From Auanema rhodensis (taxonomy: Eukaryota > Animalia > Nematoda), in assembly GCA_964057225.1 (NCBI GenBank), contig OZ059900.1, forward strand, positions 14,508,001 through 14,572,000: a DNA stretch of 64,000 nt. Reading direction: 5' to 3'. Shown in pieces: positions 54,901 through 64,000 of this stretch; the stretch's first letter is position 1, and the number at the start of each line of letters is the position of its first letter. Under the pieces are notes generated by a model. It had not been told where the DNA came from. It did not search any database and saw nothing but the letters and a program-made list of their open reading frames with translations. Position numbers and translations under genes: made by a program.

Positions 54901-57900
54901 TTAATGACTGCTTCAATTTTGACAATTAAAGTTAATAATTCATCAAATGTTAATTTATTTCTTTGTATTGCCTTTTTCATTGCATTTTTAGTAATTCCCA
55001 CCATTCTTTCCCAAGAACCTCCTTTCCATGGAGACTTAGGTGTGTTAAAGAGCCAATTTATGTTATTTTTGGCTAGATGGACTACAATATCAGCTGGGGT
55101 GAAATTAAATTCAGCTGATTTTTGTATTGTCTCAATTAATTGAGCTCCGAGAATAAAATTACCCCCACAATCACTTCGCATTGTGGTTGGTAAACCTCGT
55201 CGGGCTATGAAACGAGTGAAAGCGTTCATAAATGAAGTCGCTGTTTGATCATAGACCATTTCAAGATGAATGGCACGTATGGTTAAGCAAGTAAAAAGAC
55301 ATACATAGACCTTATGTCCACTTTTAAGCATAATAGGTCCAAATAAGTCGCAACCAGTGTTAAGAAATGGTTTAGTTAATATCACTCTATCTTTAGGCAA
55401 TGAAGGCATATCAGGAGTGCCATATGGTAAAGATTGATATTTATTGCATAAATGACATTTCTTCAAAGTTTGTTTTATAATTGCTGCAGCGCGAGCAATA
55501 AAATAAGTTTGACGAAGATGTGTGATCAAAAATTCTTTTCCTTGATGAAAAGATGCGCGATGAGCGTCCATAATTATGTGTTGAGTGAATAATGAGTTGC
55601 GAGGAAGATAAATTGGGTTTTTTGTATCATAGGATAGTAAAGAATTTTGTAATCGGCTTCTTACTCGAATTATCTCGTTATCATCATGATAGAAATGATA
55701 ACCAGGATATTGTCGTCGTAAATCATTAATAATGAGATGATCTTGAGCTTGTCGAATTAAAATAGTACGTATTATCTTCAAATCAGTTGTTAAAACGGGA
55801 TATGATGTTGATATTTGTGAAATATTTCGTAATTTATGTCCATTTTGATTTTTAAATGTTTTTAAATGCCAAATTTTTATAATTTTAGCCAAACGGGCTA
55901 ACAAACGTAAAGTTGCAAAATGACCGTTATGATAAGCTAGGTTATGTTCCAAGGGTACAGATATAGCTTGAGCTATAAGTAATGATACAGGTGAAACATG
56001 CATCACTTGCAAGGAACCATATGGTGTTAAAGCTTGAACGGTTCTGTTAAGAATCCACTGTGGTCCAAGAAGCCACATAGATTCCTGAAGTTGATATTTA
56101 TTGGCTCCTCGTGAACCAATGTCAGCCGGATTATAATCCGTAGTAACATGGTAAAATTGAACATTAATCGAATGTTCTTCTAATACACGGGTCATATGTT
56201 GTACATTTTGAACTTGTTTTGCTATGAAGTCAGGTAATTGCTTATTTGTTAAAATCCATGATAACGCAATGCTGCTATCACTTACAATATTTAGTTTTTT
56301 ACATGGTAATTCCATTAATATTGTGTGAGAAAGTCTCATAGCTAATCGAATAGCTAAGAGTTCCATGCGTGGAATTGTAATTGGTGTTTTAGGAGATAAG
56401 CGGCTTTTACCTGCTAGAATAGAACTCATTTTGTTGTTTGTCTGTATGTAAGCACACACAGCTAACGCTGTTGAACTAGCGTCAGCAAAGACCCATAATG
56501 TACCTTCTTCAATAGATGGTGATAGTACACGAGGTACAGTAACCTTAGCATAATTAATCTCGTTAATTATTGATGTCCAAGAGGCTGATAATTCAGAAGG
56601 TATAGTATCATCCCATTCTGTTTTAAGTGCAAAAATATCTCTAAGAATAACCTTCAAGGGTAAAATTAATGGATTTGTTATACCCAAAGGATCATAAACT
56701 GAATGTAATTGTTGTAATGCGTTTCGTTTGGTTACTGTTGAGAGTTCCGGTATATTGAATCGAATTGAAAGGGAATCACTTAGAGCATTATAAGGTACTC
56801 CAAGAATTTTTAGTGGACAATCAGAGAGAATATCATCTTTATGAAGGTGCTGAAGAGCTTCTGACTTATTTGATGCGAATTCACAAACATGCATCGAAAT
56901 ATTTTGAAATAATTGTTGTGTAAGTGAACATTTTTGTTGAGCTTCATCTATACTATCAGCAAATAATAGAATATTATCTACATATAATGTATTTAATATT
57001 TCATCTGATAAGTCAGTATTCAAAGAGCTTAAATACCAATTTACACTCATGTTTAGAATGCTAGGTGAGGCAGTCAATCCAAATGGTATGCGTTTGAATC
57101 GAAAAACCTTAGTATTACTTGAGTTACAACTTCCTTGAGGATCCTTTACCCAAAAGAAACGGCAAAGATCCCGATGTTGCTTCTGTAAGCCTACTTGTAA
57201 AAAGGCTGATTGAATATCACAAGTAATAATGATTGGTTTTATTCTTGAAGCAATGAGAATGTTGAAAATATTGTTCACAAAACTTTTTCCAGTATATAGT
57301 ATGTCGTTAAGGGATAATTTACCCTTAGTTTTAGCTGAAGCATCGAAAACAACTCGTAAAGGTTTATTCGGCTTGTTTGTATTCCATACCCCATGATGTG
57401 GAATATAATGACATATAATATCAGAATTATGATTATTGTTGGAAGTTTCAAAAGGAACTTCTTCAATGATACCGTTATCGATATAATCATCAATAATTTT
57501 CCTGTACATTTCCAATTTCGAAGGATTTGCTTGTAAAGTTTTGAACAATGCCAAAAATCGATAAAAGGCTAAACCTTTATTATCTGGTAATTGATGATAA
57601 TTTGATTTCAATGGTAAAGGAGCTTCAATACGATGATTGGTTAGTGTCAACTGTTTTGAATAATCTTCGTAATAATCAATAGTTGTGTCAATTCCAGCTT
57701 CAGAAGTATTAATTCCTAAGCTATCAATTTCAAATATGTATCGAAGCATATCATTATGTTGTAATGGTTTATCATTAATTGTTATTAACGTAACAGAATG
57801 ATTTTGATATGGTATTTCCCCATACAAGGTATAACCGAAACTGGTATTCTGCATTCTTAATGTAGAGGGTAACTCAAGTTCAGAATTCATATGAACGAAT

Positions 57901-59900
57901 AACTTATAGCGATCTAATCCAATTAGAATATCTGGTTCAAATGCCTGACCATCAATCATTGGATTAGCTAAAGTTATATTGTTTCTTTTAATGAATGAAC
58001 GATCATTATTGTCTAAAAGTGGAGCTCTTAATGATGTAGCTATGAATGGTTTCGTAAGCATGTTGGTTATGATGATACTGCCATTAGAAGTATAAAAAAT
58101 AGTTTTCACTTCTTTACATTCATGTGTTTCGCTGAGGCCACCTATTCCAAAGAATGTGCGATGTTGAACTTTGTTAATAGGCAATTGAAGATCCTTAGCT
58201 ATATCACTACGTATGAAAGACCGCATAGAGCCACTGTCAATCACTACCTTTACTGTGATATATTTATTTTGTGTGTAACTGAATATATGTGTCATAGCTG
58301 TTTTCAATACAATTTGACTCATCTCGATATCATGGGTATCCTCGGTATGTGTGAGCAATTGTAATTGTGTATTCTTAGGTTCAGTAACTATTAATGTTAC
58401 TGGTAGATGATTGAAAAATGCTGGTTGTACTGTAGGTACTGTTTGTGATACAGTTGGTGTAGAAATGATGTCATTTTTATTTTGTGAGACTGTAAGGTCT
58501 GGAGTTTGTTGTCCTGCACTTTCTGTTATGATCATGCTTGTGGACGATATAGGTTTTACAGGACTCTTTGTTTCACGATCTAAATTTAGACATAAGCAAC
58601 TGTTATGCTCATTTTTGCATTTCGGGCATTTCGGTCGAGAACAATCACGACTGCGATGTGAAGTAGAGAAACAAAGCCAGCATACTTCTTTGTTCTTTAA
58701 GATTTCACGTTTTTTCTGTGGTGTGTCATAAGTACGGCAATAATAAGATGGATGTCCTTCTTTACCACAAAAAACACAAGTCCAAATCTTTTTAGTGGAT
58801 TTGTCGAAAGTTTTATCAACATGTTTTCCACGATTTGGTGAATTATGTGAGTCATGTTCTGAATTTCGTTTTCTAGTGTCCATTAAACTGAATTCATAAA
58901 TTCGTGAAGAGAGATGTTGATAAATGTCATCCATTGATTGATCTAGAGGATCTGGTTGACGATATAGTTCACTCATTATATAATGAGGAAATTTTTCAGC
59001 GCAAATAGTAAAGAAAAATGCAGGACAAATATGACTTCCAGCGGCTGTAATTTGACGATCATAGCTTTGGATCAAATCAAATAATTGCTTACAGCTTTTT
59101 GCATCAGAAGCAGGAGATAAATTTTTCATTTTCCTCAATAATTGAAGTTTATCTGTAGCATATCTCATATATGCATCTTCAAGTGCTTTTCTCAGTAAGA
59201 GATAGTTGTTTTCATTAGGTTCAATACCCCTTATAACGACCAAAGCTTTATCGGATAAGCCTTCGAGTAAAATGTTCACTTTATCAAGTATGGAATATTG
59301 TGAATTTTGATGTATCATGTTATTAAATCTTGACCAATACAGTTTGAAATTTTCGGGTGTACCATCGAAAGTCGGTATTTGTGTTACCGGACGTTGAATG
59401 TGATTGCTTGTTTGTAACAATTGTAATAAATTTGAATAAATTTGTGTTGTTTCGGAACCAGTGCTTTCGATTACTTTTTCTTTCTTTTTCTCGGGAAGTA
59501 GTGATTCCACGAATGCAATTGCTGTTTTAATATGACTGATACGGTCAAGGAGTAATAATCTTTGTTCGTCAGCTATATTGTAAGCTTGACGATTGTTTGG
59601 ATTTTCTTCAAGTTCTTCGTATAATGCTTTCATTTCGTTTCGAAGTTCCTTATCAAAATCTTTGAAAACGGTTTGGTATTTTTCTATGTTTCTGTTCACT
59701 GTGTCGAGAGCAGTAGAGAGCTCGTTCAATACCAATTCATGATTGCGTAAAGTTGATTGCAGTAAAATAATTCTATCGTATGTTATTTCTGAATCAGATA
59801 CCCCGGCGGGTTCGTTGTCGAGAAGATTTGCGTAACGTTTGAGCAAAACGGATAAGAAATCGTATGAACGACGAATGTCGCCAACAAATGAGGAGGCCAT
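51987..59900 (-). CDS. BEL-B Gag-PR-RT-RH-IN-Env polyprotein (2637 aa)
   Basis: IPTFDG...W..F Gag motif, triple zinc knuckle, IDSGS and DILIGLD protease, RVVFDAS/PFGL/YVDN RT, FADAS RNase H, GGSWERMV integrase, RCAHMGSC and LSGCYSCGQGA Gc-like env. Confidence 0.96.
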   Translation of the reverse strand: MASSFVGDIRRSYDFLSVLLKRYANLLDNEPAGVSDSEITYDRIILLQSTLRNHELVLNELSTALDTVNRNIEKYQTVFKDFDKELRNEMKALYEELEENPNNRQAYNIADEQRLLLLDRISHIKTAIAFVESLLPEKKKEKVIESTGSETTQIYSNLLQLLQTSNHIQRPVTQIPTFDGTPENFKLYWSRFNNMIHQNSQYSILDKVNILLEGLSDKALVVIRGIEPNENNYLLLRKALEDAYMRYATDKLQLLRKMKNLSPASDAKSCKQLFDLIQSYDRQITAAGSHICPAFFFTICAEKFPHYIMSELYRQPDPLDQSMDDIYQHLSSRIYEFSLMDTRKRNSEHDSHNSPNRGKHVDKTFDKSTKKIWTCVFCGKEGHPSYYCRTYDTPQKKREILKNKEVCWLCFSTSHRSRDCSRPKCPKCKNEHNSCLCLNLDRETKSPVKPISSTSMIITESAGQQTPDLTVSQNKNDIISTPTVSQTVPTVQPAFFNHLPVTLIVTEPKNTQLQLLTHTEDTHDIEMSQIVLKTAMTHIFSYTQNKYITVKVVIDSGSMRSFIRSDIAKDLQLPINKVQHRTFFGIGGLSETHECKEVKTIFYTSNGSIIITNMLTKPFIATSLRAPLLDNNDRSFIKRNNITLANPMIDGQAFEPDILIGLDRYKLFVHMNSELELPSTLRMQNTSFGYTLYGEIPYQNHSVTLITINDKPLQHNDMLRYIFEIDSLGINTSEAGIDTTIDYYEDYSKQLTLTNHRIEAPLPLKSNYHQLPDNKGLAFYRFLALFKTLQANPSKLEMYRKIIDDYIDNGIIEEVPFETSNNNHNSDIICHYIPHHGVWNTNKPNKPLRVVFDASAKTKGKLSLNDILYTGKSFVNNIFNILIASRIKPIIITCDIQSAFLQVGLQKQHRDLCRFFWVKDPQGSCNSSNTKVFRFKRIPFGLTASPSILNMSVNWYLSSLNTDLSDEILNTLYVDNILLFADSIDEAQQKCSLTQQLFQNISMHVCEFASNKSEALQHLHKDDILSDCPLKILGVPYNALSDSLSIRFNIPELSTVTKRNALQQLHSVYDPLGITNPLILPLKVILRDIFALKTEWDDTIPSELSASWTSIINEINYAKVTVPRVLSPSIEEGTLWVFADASSTALAVCAYIQTNNKMSSILAGKSRLSPKTPITIPRMELLAIRLAMRLSHTILMELPCKKLNIVSDSSIALSWILTNKQLPDFIAKQVQNVQHMTRVLEEHSINVQFYHVTTDYNPADIGSRGANKYQLQESMWLLGPQWILNRTVQALTPYGSLQVMHVSPVSLLIAQAISVPLEHNLAYHNGHFATLRLLARLAKIIKIWHLKTFKNQNGHKLRNISQISTSYPVLTTDLKIIRTILIRQAQDHLIINDLRRQYPGYHFYHDDNEIIRVRSRLQNSLLSYDTKNPIYLPRNSLFTQHIIMDAHRASFHQGKEFLITHLRQTYFIARAAAIIKQTLKKCHLCNKYQSLPYGTPDMPSLPKDRVILTKPFLNTGCDLFGPIMLKSGHKVYVCLFTCLTIRAIHLEMVYDQTATSFMNAFTRFIARRGLPTTMRSDCGGNFILGAQLIETIQKSAEFNFTPADIVVHLAKNNINWLFNTPKSPWKGGSWERMVGITKNAMKKAIQRNKLTFDELLTLIVKIEAVINTRPLTHPDPNNINHVPIRPVDFISPGLVLSLPDDCGSRVYNNSIDIPVIQNVEQALETLQLTSDAATMFWDKFQTEYLIYIRDIYKHSRKQPSANANKPNIGEIVVIHNDNLPRGQWKLGRITELISSSDGFIRTAKVLTPAGNIISRSLNHLYPLELRSVLPDMTSIPRSTPSEDTSLSLKVGSASDMMNLDAQPIQEYIIRSNSPVPSIHETNNVVTCPEPIDINNPQKIYIPTSKISSIHNPILEEEAELQLWGPGHTPDDNRKKLQKKNTSKAKQTIILPTIDQNDVKPSTETNEKRVRTLPLRDHITYASRKNFKSAMTSAILIFTIISIFLPVASANSVVCDEAKFLSIHLLGNPHCAPHLAMWSLFLPLCCLFGILCCCIRIGFHQYRYNSWSNTIRYISSFFTLRPHTPEQNDIELGVIEPPPTSSENIPHIEPELYPPFWKRGSRLSIISILTIFLINNATACTDHHVIHSVSTHCLNRTQCYHQYSDQTVFSPGVKDLCLDIKFKNHSIGYIQIRKLYTSYECKKTTKFFTKATLPKLTVDFRCAHMGSCDQTCETMNHRSRISEFEPYNYPTQSKCVRSSAHIWRCLTFWENPCLFYKLEHVPTSDDIFEVFKCEDWTTSSTFEITTHIVKDKNIYNITIPPYLKMNYSFFNMTINTQDKPPTPLHNYYFVASNNQIFAVEPHFPFMVQCISKADISDNFSRCTTVIDCTCNKINNDVAGCICPQHNFTHFSHILPPYMANTETIYKPDTSLTFRTQSDETTVSIDSELLYDSNTFSYDIPCRPLLISLSGCYSCGQGASALFSCMSSKETWIPIECSKDVFMIKCSPFNEITNINIKRDNSIINEVCHTKCNHEKIDIIVTGQLYFNSSTNEPNEIHSNQNSVIIPDIIPFLKLFKEHWMMFSICVVFLIIICFLGYLGCTPAIYFFLITAFRTIKIIIDTTTKFFFILRNLCFDRRF

Positions 59901-60169
59901 TTCTAACGCTGTGTGAGGCGTAATAGGTAAGCTTCTATAGCTGATAATGATGAATAAAATTCAGAAAATGAGAGAGAACAAGAAATGAAAGTTGTACAAA
60001 GTACAACAAATGAGTATGAGATATACGACTTGTCGTATCTTGGAGCGTTATTATGCTCCGAAATTATATCGATTACTGCAGGCAAATTCACGCCTGAGCT
60101 GATGGACTTAAGAGTCGCCACCAAATTAAATGATAAAGTACCTGTTGAAGCAGTGACCTGAGTCGTGAT

Positions 60170-60182
60170 GGTCGATGCACCA
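60170..60182 (-). promoter_or_regulatory. Primer binding site, tRNA-Gly(GCC), of BEL-B
   Basis: TGGTGCATCGACC, complementary to the GGTCGATGCA-CCA 3' end of nematode tRNA-Gly(GCC) (reference recalled from memory). Confidence 0.85.
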
Positions 60183-60183
60183 A

Positions 60184-60302
60184 TGTCGCTTCGGCGAAGG
60201 TATTCGGTTGTCGGTATTCCGCTGAGAATTAATAGAACAGATAGTCAGTGGTAGAATGCTTTATTAAAGAATTAACAATTCAACAAAATATAGATCGTCT
60301 AT
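60184..60302 (-). repeat. Truncated 5' LTR of BEL-B (119 of 296 bp)
   Basis: Matches 51128-51246, then switches to array sequence over an AT microhomology. Confidence 0.9.
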
Positions 60303-60666
60303 GTTTTTGTTCTGATTCATCGTTATTGAATGTTATGCTATTTTTGTTTTCTTCAAAAAGTCGGATAGAAACGATAATTATTAGAAAAAAGATTGTTTTA
60401 AACTTTCTGCTTTTTCAAAAGTGATTTGAGCTTGTGATTTTTTTTTAAATTTTCAAACATTTCTATTTAATTTAAGTGTTCTATCTTAATTACGATGAAA
60501 AAAATTGATACGTCAGCGTTTATCAATCGTTAATTGTAACACCAAACTTCAATTAGCTCTTTGAGTAAAGTAGGCCATAAATCAAGATATGTTAGAGACA
60601 GTGTTTCATTTTTCTACTTTAATTCAAACTCACACTCTTAATGAAAGTTTCTAAGTGCAAATTCAA

Positions 60667-60738
60667 TCCTCGGTAGTATAGTGGTGAGTATCCGCGTCTG
60701 TCACATGCGAGACCCGGGTTCAATTCCCGGCCGGGGAG
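60667..60738 (+). tRNA. tRNA-Asp(GTC)
   Basis: Consensus copy. Confidence 0.95.
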
Positions 60739-61105
60739 AATGTTTTTGTTCTGATTCATCGTTATTGAATGTTATGCTATTTTTGTTTTCTTAAAAAAGT
60801 CGGATAAAAACGATAATTATTAGAAAAAAGATTGTTTTAAACTTTCTGCTTTTTCAAAAGTGATTTGAGCTTGTGTTTTTTTTCTAAATTGTTAAACATT
60901 TCTATTTAGTTTAAGTGTTCTATATTAATTACGATGAAAAAAATCGAAACGTCAGCGTTAATCAATTGTTCATTGTAACACCAAACTTCAATTAGCTCTT
61001 TGATTAAAGTAGGCCATAAATCAAGATATGTTAGAGACAGTGTTTCATTTTTCTACTTTAATTCAAACTCACACTCTTAATGAAAGTTTCTAAGTGCAAA
61101 TTCAA

Positions 61106-61177
61106 TCCTCGGTAGTATAGTGGTGAGTATCCGCGTCTGTCACATGCGAGACCCGGGTTCAATTCCCGGCCGGGGAG
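61106..61177 (+). tRNA. tRNA-Asp(GTC)
   Basis: Consensus copy. Confidence 0.95.
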
Positions 61178-61544
61178 AATGTTTTTGTTCTGATTCATCG
61201 TTATTGAATGTTATGCTATTTTTGTTTTCTTCAAAAAGTCGGATAAAAACGATAATTATTAGAAAAAAGATTGTTTTAAACTTTCTGTTTTTTCAAAAGT
61301 GATTTGAGCTTGTGTTTTTTTTCTAAATTGTTAAACATTTCCATTTAATTTAAATGTTCTATCTCAATTACGATGAAAAAAAATGGAACGTCAGCGTTAA
61401 TCAATTGTTCATTGTAACACCAAACTTCAATTAGCTCTTTGATTAAAGTAGGCCATAAATCAAGATATGTTAGAGACAGTGTTTCATTTTTCTACTTTAA
61501 TTCAAACTCACACTCTTAATGAAAGTTTCTAAGTGCAAATTCAA

Positions 61545-61616
61545 TCCTCGGTAGTATAGTGGTGAGTATCCGCGTCTGTCACATGCGAGACCCGGGTTCA
61601 ATTCCCGGCCGGGGAG
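61545..61616 (+). tRNA. tRNA-Asp(GTC)
   Basis: Consensus copy. Confidence 0.95.
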
Positions 61617-61988
61617 AATGTTTTTGTTCTGATTCAACGTTATTGAATGTTATGCTATTTTTGTTTTCTTCAAAAAGTTGGATAAAAAAGATAATTATTA
61701 GAAAAAAGATTGTTTTATTTTAAACTTTCTGCTTTTTCAAAAGTGATTTGAGCTTGTGATTTTTTTTTAAATTTTCAAACATTTCTATTTAATTTAAGTG
61801 TTCTATCTTAATTACGATGAAAAAAATTGATACGTCAGCGTTTATCAATCGTTAATTGTAACACCAAACTTCAATTAGCTCTTTGAGTAAAGTAGGCCAT
61901 AAATCAAGATATGTTAGAGACAGTGTTTCATTTTTCTACTTTAATTCAAACTCACACTCTTAATGAAAGTTTCTAAGTGCAAATTCAA

Positions 61989-62060
61989 TCCTCGGTAGTA
62001 TAGTGGTGAGTATCCGCGTCTGTCACATGCGAGACCCGGGTTCAATTCCCGGCCGGGGAG
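61989..62060 (+). tRNA. tRNA-Asp(GTC)
   Basis: Consensus copy. Confidence 0.95.
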
Positions 62061-62427
62061 AATGTTTTTGTTCTGATTCATCGTTATTGAATGTTATGCT
62101 ATTTTTGTTTTCTTAAAAAAGTCGGATAAAAACGATAATTATTAGAAAAAAGATTGTTTTAAACTTTCTGCTTTTTCAAAAGTGATTTGAGCTTGTGTTT
62201 TTTTTCTAAATTGTTAAACATTTCTATTTAGTTTAAGTGTTCTATATTAATTACGATGAAAAAAATCGAAACGTCAGCGTTAATCAATTGTTCATTGTAA
62301 CACCAAACTTCAATTAGCTCTTTGATTAAAGTAGGCCATAAATCAAGATATGTTAGAGACAGTGTTTCATTTTTCTACTTTAATTCAAACTCACACTCTT
62401 AATGAAAGTTTCTAAGTGCAAATTCAA

Positions 62428-62499
62428 TCCTCGGTAGTATAGTGGTGAGTATCCGCGTCTGTCACATGCGAGACCCGGGTTCAATTCCCGGCCGGGGAG
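62428..62499 (+). tRNA. tRNA-Asp(GTC)
   Basis: Consensus copy. Confidence 0.95.
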
Positions 62500-62866
62500 A
62501 ATGTTTTTGTTCTGATTCATCGTTATTGAATGTTATGCTATTTTTGTTTTCTTCAAAAAGTCGGATAAAAACGATAATTATTAGAAAAAAGATTGTTTTA
62601 AACTTTCTGTTTTTTCAAAAGTGATTTGAGCTTGTGTTTTTTTTCTAAATTGTTAAACATTTCCATTTAATTTAAATGTTCTATCTCAATTACGATGAAA
62701 AAAAATGGAACGTCAGCGTTAATCAATTGTTCATTGTAACACCAAACTTCAATTAGCTCTTTGATTAAAGTAGGCCATAAATCAAGATATGTTAGAGACA
62801 GTGTTTCATTTTTCTACTTTAATTCAAACTCACACTCTTAATGAAAGTTTCTAAGTGCAAATTCAA

Positions 62867-62938
62867 TCCTCGGTAGTATAGTGGTGAGTATCCGCGTCTG
62901 TCACATGCGAGACCCGGGTTCAATTCCCGGCCGGGGAG
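62867..62938 (+). tRNA. tRNA-Asp(GTC)
   Basis: Consensus copy. Confidence 0.95.
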
Positions 62939-63310
62939 AATGTTTTTGTTCTGATTCAACGTTATTGAATGTTATGCTATTTTTGTTTTCTTCAAAAAGT
63001 TGGATAAAAAAGATAATTATTAGAAAAAAGATTGTTTTATTTTAAACTTTCTGCTTTTTCAAAAGTGATTTGAGCTTGTGATTTTTTTTTAAATTTTCAA
63101 ACATTTCTATTTAATTTAAGTGTTCTATCTTAATTACGATGAAAAAAATTGATACGTCAGCGTTTATCAATCGTTAATTGTAACACCAAACTTCAATTAG
63201 CTCTTTGAGTAAAGTAGGCCATAAATCAAGATATGTTAGAGACAGTGTTTCATTTTTCTACTTTAATTCAAACTCACACTCTTAATGAAAGTTTCTAAGT
63301 GCAAATTCAA

Positions 63311-63382
63311 TCCTCGGTAGTATAGTGGTGAGTATCCGCGTCTGTCACATGCGAGACCCGGGTTCAATTCCCGGCCGGGGAG
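63311..63382 (+). tRNA. tRNA-Asp(GTC)
   Basis: Consensus copy. Confidence 0.95.
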
Positions 63383-63749
63383 AATGTTTTTGTTCTGATT
63401 CATCGTTATTGAATGTTATGCTATTTTTGTTTTCTTAAAAAAGTCGGATAAAAACGATAATTATTAGAAAAAAGATTGTTTTAAACTTTCTGCTTTTTCA
63501 AAAGTGATTTGAGCTTGTGTTTTTTTTCTAAATTGTTAAACATTTCTATTTAGTTTAAGTGTTCTATATTAATTACGATGAAAAAAATCGAAACGTCAGC
63601 GTTAATCAATTGTTCATTGTAACACCAAACTTCAATTAGCTCTTTGATTAAAGTAGGCCATAAATCAAGATATGTTAGAGACAGTGTTTCATTTTTCTAC
63701 TTTAATTCAAACTCACACTCTTAATGAAAGTTTCTAAGTGCAAATTCAA

Positions 63750-63821
63750 TCCTCGGTAGTATAGTGGTGAGTATCCGCGTCTGTCACATGCGAGACCCGG
63801 GTTCAATTCCCGGCCGGGGAG
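63750..63821 (+). tRNA. tRNA-Asp(GTC)
   Basis: Consensus copy. Confidence 0.95.
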
Positions 63822-64000
63822 AATGTTTTTGTTCTGATTCATCGTTATTGAATGTTATGCTATTTTTGTTTTCTTCAAAAAGTCGGATAAAAACGATAAT
63901 TATTAGAAAAAAGATTGTTTTAAACTTTCTGTTTTTTCAAAAGTGATTTGAGCTTGTGTTTTTTTTCTAAATTGTTAAACATTTCCATTTAATTTAAATG

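Larger units (their letters stand above)
51128..60302 (-). mobile_element. BEL/Pao LTR retrotransposon BEL-B with env; ORF intact, 5' LTR truncated
   Basis: LTRs 51128-51423 and 60184-60302, PBS, single gag-pol-env ORF, accessory ORF. Confidence 0.96.
60303..64000 (+). repeat. tRNA-Asp tandem array block, 8 tRNA copies, 1322-bp three-unit higher-order repeat; runs off the window
   Basis: Diagnostic variants recur every 1322 bp. Confidence 0.97.

Noticed and set aside
457-58731. Short antisense and alternate-frame ORFs inside the four polyprotein genes
   Set aside because: No motifs and not conserved between the paired elements; expected shadows of long ORFs
59903-60124. 73-aa hydrophobic uORF before BEL-B gag (copy at 50847)
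   Set aside because: GTG start; hydrophobicity is explained by the pyrimidine tract; the second copy is part of the duplication
60112-60124. Second PBS-like TGGTGGCGACTC in the BEL-B leader
   Set aside because: About 60 nt from the LTR and I cannot match it to a tRNA 3' end
19039-63946. Dozens of ~60-aa ORFs beginning MVSIRVCHMRDPGS
   Set aside because: GTG-start shadow frames over the tRNA gene and AT-rich spacer; repeated only because the unit is repeated

Overview
AT-rich eukaryotic DNA, very likely nematode: the tRNA-Asp sequence and the BEL/Pao elements with phlebovirus-like env are nematode-type. The backbone is a tandem array of ~439-bp units, each carrying one 72-nt tRNA-Asp(GTC) gene. 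I count 58 copies in four blocks, all on the + strand. Four different envelope-bearing LTR retroelements interrupt the array. (1) 1-6241 (+): 3' half of a BEL/Pao element with RT-RH-IN, a phlebovirus-Gc-like env, a separate zinc-knuckle ORF and a 3' LTR. (2) 6677-18949 (-) and (3) 25373-34963 (-): two divergent Ty3/gypsy elements whose single ORF has the unusual order Gag - Env (class III, gB/chuvirus-like) - PR - RT - RH - IN. (4) 50082-60302 (-): a second BEL/Pao element with an intact 2637-aa ORF, in tandem with an internally deleted copy of itself. Main points of interest: the env-inside-polyprotein architecture; junctions of three unrelated elements clustering 60-75 bp upstream of tRNA genes; a conserved TATA-preceded nucleocapsid-like accessory gene in both BEL elements; and a second tRNA-Gly-complementary site in the BEL LTR. 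All protein family calls are from motif recognition by eye, not database searches.
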